Of a stretch of 64,000 nt of DNA, positions 59,010 through 64,000 are shown piece by piece (the first letter of the stretch is position 1; each line of letters opens with the position of its first letter). Location: assembly GCA_964036045.1 (NCBI GenBank), contig OZ038379.1, positions 27,404,001 to 27,468,000 on the forward strand, read 5' to 3'. The DNA comes from Eutreptiella sp. 'Long Island Sound 2002'. Taxonomy: Eukaryota; Protista; Euglenida. A model generated the notes under the pieces. It saw only the letters and a list, made by a program, of their open reading frames with translations. It was not told where the DNA came from and did no database searches. Both the position numbers and the translations under genes were made by a program.

Positions 59010-60015
59010 CACGGGGGGCTCGCCGGGATCGGACCCTTTACGCCGACTCCCCCCCCCCCCCCCCCCTCCCGGAATTTGGTCCGAAAGTGCCGGACCATGG
59101 GCGCCAAAGGCGCCCTAAGGAAAATTTGCTTGATCTAGTAGAGGGTGAAAAAAATTGGTTTTCACCTCATGTGTCTATACTCAAAATGCTCAGTTTTTTT
59201 AGGAGAACCCAATAATGGATGAAAACCAAATTGCACCAAATACCAATACCACCCCTGTGCACAAGTTTCTCAGAGATGGCCCATACCCTAGTGGGTAGTG
59301 TCCCTGCAATTGCAAGGTCATGGGTTCAATTCACAGTGGGGGCAACATGTAGGACCCCAGGCAGGGGAGGGACACAGTAGAAATTTTTTTGTAGGTATTT
59401 CTGTTGTTGTTTTTTTTGGTGCTTTGGTTTTGTCCCCTTTGTTGGGGATCCCCGAGAATGCAGGGGTGATGTAGCATTTCCGCCCACTTTTGGGCCCCCC
59501 AGAAGGTAGGGTTGAGGCAGCCAATTCTGATTTTGCCCCCCTTTGTTTGGGGACCCCCGAGAATGCAGGGGTGATGTCGCATTTCCGCCCACTTTTGGGC
59601 CCCCCAGAAGGTAGGGTTGAGGCAGCCAATTCTGATTTTGCCCCCCTTTGTTTGGGGACACCCGAGAATGCAGGGGTGATGTAGCATTTCCGAAAACAAG
59701 CATGGTTCGGCCTGGGTGGGGCGCCACTAGCAATAGTGGCGGGAATTGACTGGGGGGTGCTATGCCCTTAAACAAAAGTACCACCTACCATGCCCCCCCC
59801 CCCCCCCTTGTTTCAAAAATTTTTTCTCCAACATACATGCTTCGAAGTGATTAGCGCGATGAGGCGGTCATTTTATGCCATCTCTGTCAGGGTATGAAGC
59901 CTCCCCCCCCCCCCCTCTTCTTGGCTGCCCCCCCCCCCCCCACCCTGAAAGTGGTCCGAGAGTGGGAAGGAGTCGGCGTATGGCCCGATGCTACGCCCCC
60001 CCCCCCCCCCTCATG
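59010..60015. mobile_element. hAT-like non-autonomous TIR element, family D, intact ends
   Basis: CACGGGGGG…TACGCCGACTCC / GGAGTCGGCGTA…CCCCTCATG; exact 8-bp TSD CTTGGCCC at 59002-59009 and 60016-60023; carries a tRNA-like head and ~80-bp tandem units. Confidence 0.9.
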
Positions 60016-62159
60016 CTTGGCCCTTGTGTGCTTGGCCTTTGTGGCACCCACCCCTCCCTCTTGTGCTTCCGAATTCTGCATTCCTCCCTTGCCAAGGAGG
60101 CTGAACAAGTTGTGTTGCTGTTGGCATGCCTGCAGTCGTCCAGCTGTAAAATAATGTTGTCAGGATATGAGGCATCTCTACAGTGCTGTGTTCCTCTTGC
60201 CTGCCACACTGCTCCCCCTCCCCCTGTATGGCAACCGCCCTTGCATAGTTTTTTTGGGGGGGGCGTCACTTTCTGTTTTGCAAATTTACTCAGAAGGTTG
60301 GATATTGAGCTCCTCCTGTGCGTTTGCTGGCTGGACAAGGTGGTATCGTTGGTGCATTGCTGTGTACTTCAGATTTTTTGCATCCAAGGCGCTCCACTGT
60401 ACCCTGTATGATGCAGATCACTTTTTCGCAATTTCAGCCATGGATGTTGATCATATTGACATGTACTCACCTGGTGCTGTGTCAATTTCCAACGTTCTGG
60501 GGGCAGTATTGTGCCTGCCAAGATTCTGGGCCCCTCAGAGTGTGGTGTTGACTACCGGTCCATCACATATGAGCACTCTGGCACTGTGGTGACACATGAC
60601 TGTGCCCCTAGAGCATGGATGTCTGTCCTCAGTGTGCGAACATGCATCCTGACAGTCAGTTTCCGGCTCATTTTGTCGCTCATATGCCCTCGTGTCTGCA
60701 TGTTGTGTGGTGTTGTGTGTCCCTTGCATACTAATTGGGGGGCGAGGGGACCGTCACTTGGGGTATGTTCTCCTGGGGGGTGCGAGGATACCGTCGCACA
60801 CATGTGGGTACTATACGGGGGGGCGGGACATGAACAAGCAACAGCAAGCATCCAGAAGCCTCCAGGAATCAAATGAACCCCCAAAAAGGTTTGGTGGGCT
60901 GGTTGGCAAGGAGGAGGGTCAACACCCCGCCCCTTTGACCCCTGCCCCCCCCTTCCTATCCTTCTATTCGAGTGCAGCCCTGGGGAGTGGGAGGTGCATA
61001 ACTAGGGGGTGAACCTCATCCAGACATCTGATTCGGTCTCCACCTGCTGCTATTATTCCTTTTCACAGGGCACTCGGCAATGTCCAATTACTGTCACTAC
61101 TTTCGATGGAACCCCTGTGGCCTGTCCAAAATGTCTGCATAAGAGGGCTCCCGGCTGCATACAGTTGTTGAAGATTTGCCTACATTTCCTTTTGCTAACA
61201 ACCGTCGAACCGCGCATCTTTCTGAGTTTTCACATCTTCAGTCTGGTGCATTTTTCCGGAACAGTTGACGCACGCCGGCCTTTCTGGGTTTTTTTTCAAG
61301 CCATTGCTGCACACAAATATCCATCATCTCTCCATTCCACAGTCGCTCACCTCTTTGCTAACCTTCGTTGGAACTGTGCCATGTTTAGAACATTGCATTA
61401 TCCAAAGTGGATCCAAATTCCGGATCTCCTCGAAAGTCTGAAGAGATTCCTCAAAAAGGGAAGGTTGGGTTCCTCACCTGTGAGCAAAACTGCCTCTATT
61501 GTTAAATTTTTTCGAATTGTTGTTGAAAGTGGTAAACAAGCACCTCATTCCTGTTTCATGTTTCATTTGGTTGTTCCTGGTGCCGGTGGGGAGCCCCACC
61601 CCTGTGAGCCTCTTTGTTACACATCCGCTTCTTGTACCCCATACCCCCCCCCCCCCGCGGAAGCACCGCCTTGTCCAAGCACCGTCGTTTTTCTGACCAC
61701 AGTTTTTATGGTCAGAAACCTAACAGAACGTGATTGTGTGCCGATTGCAGAGGGAAACAGGGGCTGTGTCATGTTTGGGATGAGTCCTCCTGCTCATAAC
61801 AACATTATGCTTGCTACTGCAACCCACTGCTGTTTGTTTTGATGTGATTTTCAGCCATGACTGATGTCGTTACTCCTGGCTTGGCTGGTACCGCACGTCG
61901 CTTGCAAGCACCGCCTTGTCCAAGCACCGGGACCCGGTCTGACCGTCGTTTTTCTGACTTTCCTGGTGCTTGCGCAAGGGGGGGGGGGGTAAGATCCTTT
62001 GGTCAGCAGTGTAATTGCAACGGGGCCTTTCCCCAACGGGGAGGGGGGAGACCCAGGGAAGCTGAGGTCACTGACCGTACCAGCCCACAATTACTGCATC
62101 CAGGTCAGGTGGCTATTGGAGGACACCGTGTGGTGGGAGGGGGGCTTGGCCATGTGGTC

Positions 62160-62800
62160 GTGGGTATAAAACCACCCCCAAATGGGGGATAAAACCACCC
62201 CCAACCCCCGTTTTGGCCATTTTGGACCCCTGGGGTGGTTTTATGCCACCTGTGGGTGGTTTTATCCCCCCTTTTGGGGGTGTGGCTTTATCCCCGCAAA
62301 GGGGTAGTTTTATCCCCCCATTGGGTCATTGGGGGGGGGGTATTGCCCCTTTCGGGTGGTTTTGTCCCCGCTTTTCGGTGATTTTATCCCCATTGGGGGG
62401 GGGGGGGGTTGTCACCTCTTTAAGGGCAGAGGGGTATGGCCCCTCTCTATGTTAACCTAGAACCAGAGTACCGGAAGACAAGTTCGGGTATGGAGGTAGG
62501 AGAGGTGATGGAGGGTGAGGGAACAACATATGTTTTACACTCAGTGTTTTATTTCACATTGCTCTTTGTATATGTGTTATAGGATGTCTGACCTGGCCGG
62601 GGCCAATTTTACAAATGGGGTCTGAGATCAGATTCCTGACATGGTTTGGGCTCGCTATTCATCCAGTTCGACATGCATTGCTTTTGTGGCAGCATTGCTC
62701 AGACTGCTTTTGTTTGCTGTGTTGTTTCATTTGTTGCTTTGGTGGCATAAAACCACCCCGGGGTGGTTTTATCACCCCGAAGGGGGTGGTTTTAATAAGG
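62160..62800. repeat. Mixed-orientation GGGGTGGTTTTAT repeat cluster, including a perfect 26-bp palindrome at 62747-62772
   Basis: ATAAAACCACCCC and GGGGTGGTTTTAT units at 62165-62400 and 62747-62810. Confidence 0.75.
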
Positions 62801-64000
62801 GGGGTGGTTTTCTTGGTCCTGTATTTTTTTTTAGATGCGGATTTTTTTTTTTTTAGAGGTTATATTTCTTTTTAGCTAAAAAAAATAATATTCTGCACCA
62901 AAAAAAAATGTTCTGCACTAAAAAAAATATTCCGCACTTAAAAAAAATACTCAGATATTTTTTTTCTGGTCATTTGAACGGATCATACATAATGCCTGAA
63001 TTTTGTGAAGTAGGGTACTCAGCCACCTTGGCCAGAGCCCAGGGGCACAATTTCAAGGGTTGGGGTAAGGTGCTTGCAGTGGAGGGCTCTGAGTGCACGA
63101 TCAAGTGGCAGACAGAAAAGAAACCCAGTTCCCATTCTTTTACAGATGTGTTTCTTACTGCTTTTCATAGCATTCCAAGTTCGGATAGTGCATCAGAGGC
63201 CCCCTTGTATCTGGAGTCTAACCACGAAGCTACTGACCCAAAAACGTCCCTACGCTCAGCTGCTGAGCAAAATACCCAGACGCAGAGTGATCCAGCCAGG
63301 CTTTTTCTGCTCATTTCTTCCGAAGTACCACGTGCCACCCACGTGGCTGTGCTGCAGTGTCTGACACCCATAGTGATCAACTCTTTACAACCCTGCATCC
63401 CAACACAACAGTGCGTGCATTTTCTGCGGCTTTCGGTCTGCCCAGTCAGTCCCAAGTTCCAGATTCCTTGCTCAGACTTTGTTCAGAGGCATTATTCGGT
63501 GCACAAAGTGGTTTTGCCTCTGAGAGGTGGTTTTCAAGCACTACTCGGTCGGTGCACAATTTTGCCCATAATTTTATGCTCAAGTGTTGCTCTTTCCAAG
63601 TGTTTTCAGATGGTGGGTCAACATAGGCCGACCAGGGTGCACGCGGGGGGGGATGCTGGTTCTGTATTTGTTTGGGTCATGTCCAAAAATCCATGGCACT
63701 CCAGCCCTTGTCCACAACGAAGGCGTCTTGTGCATCAGTTGCACAGTGACAGGTTCCTACGCCATCAAGTGGGTTGCATTATCCATCATCCTCACGTAAT
63801 CTAAAGTGTACTGCAACAACACGTTAGGAAAGTGCATCTGGCATCAGGCAATCTTGTTGGCAGTGGTGTCATGCTGGGCGTCATGTTGTCCCTAGATGCA
63901 ACCAACAGTGTGAATCAGTGGTTTCTATTGCATGTTGCCTGTAGGGGCAGGGCAGGGACGTGGGGGTAGCGTTATCCGTCAATTTAATTTTTTTTAGATG

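Noticed and set aside
1758-59345. Functional tRNA genes at the A/B-box sites
   Set aside because: Anticodon and T stems do not pair; the sites lie inside repeats
60050-60480. Minus-strand fragments (DNIILQLDDC…; PGEYMSI) reminiscent of a DDE transposase
   Set aside because: Too short and broken to support without a profile search
61009-63804. ORFs 61009-61842 and 62908-63804
   Set aside because: No recognisable domain, splice context or codon pattern; a short SH3/Tudor-like impression at ~62990-63150 is unsupported

Overview
Eukaryotic, repeat-dominated window with TTAGGG-type telomeric arrays and GT-AG introns. A euglenozoan (euglenid-like) host is an inference from the gag-YR-RT-RH retroelement and the splice acceptors placed 4-11 nt before each ATG. 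Two intact host genes lie on the + strand. One is a 4-exon 6-phosphogluconolactonase (248 aa) whose intron 2 is 27.3 kb. The other is a 2-exon RING + tandem LON-N-like protein (393 aa) ending in a polybasic-CaaX tail. The 27-kb intron holds a four-level nest that I could reconstruct at base level. An L1/Tx1-like LINE was interrupted by a fully delimited tyrosine-recombinase retrotransposon with split direct repeats (20324-29373). Its RNase H was interrupted by a TIR/8-bp-TSD (hAT-like) non-autonomous element (24562-27405), which carries two tandem ~1.15-kb cassettes lying at the same GGG^TTA phase of telomeric repeats. A third cassette sits in another element of the same TIR family at 5538-7260. 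The same intron also holds a decayed near-full-length APE-RT-RNase H LINE and a second YR-family RT fragment. Other notable structures are a conserved unknown ORF downstream of a LINE RNase H, a hairpin-rich 72-bp minisatellite fused to a 4-kb (GGGGACCTAT)n array with an internal inversion, and several tRNA-like Pol III heads. All family assignments come from motif recognition by eye; no database searches were run.
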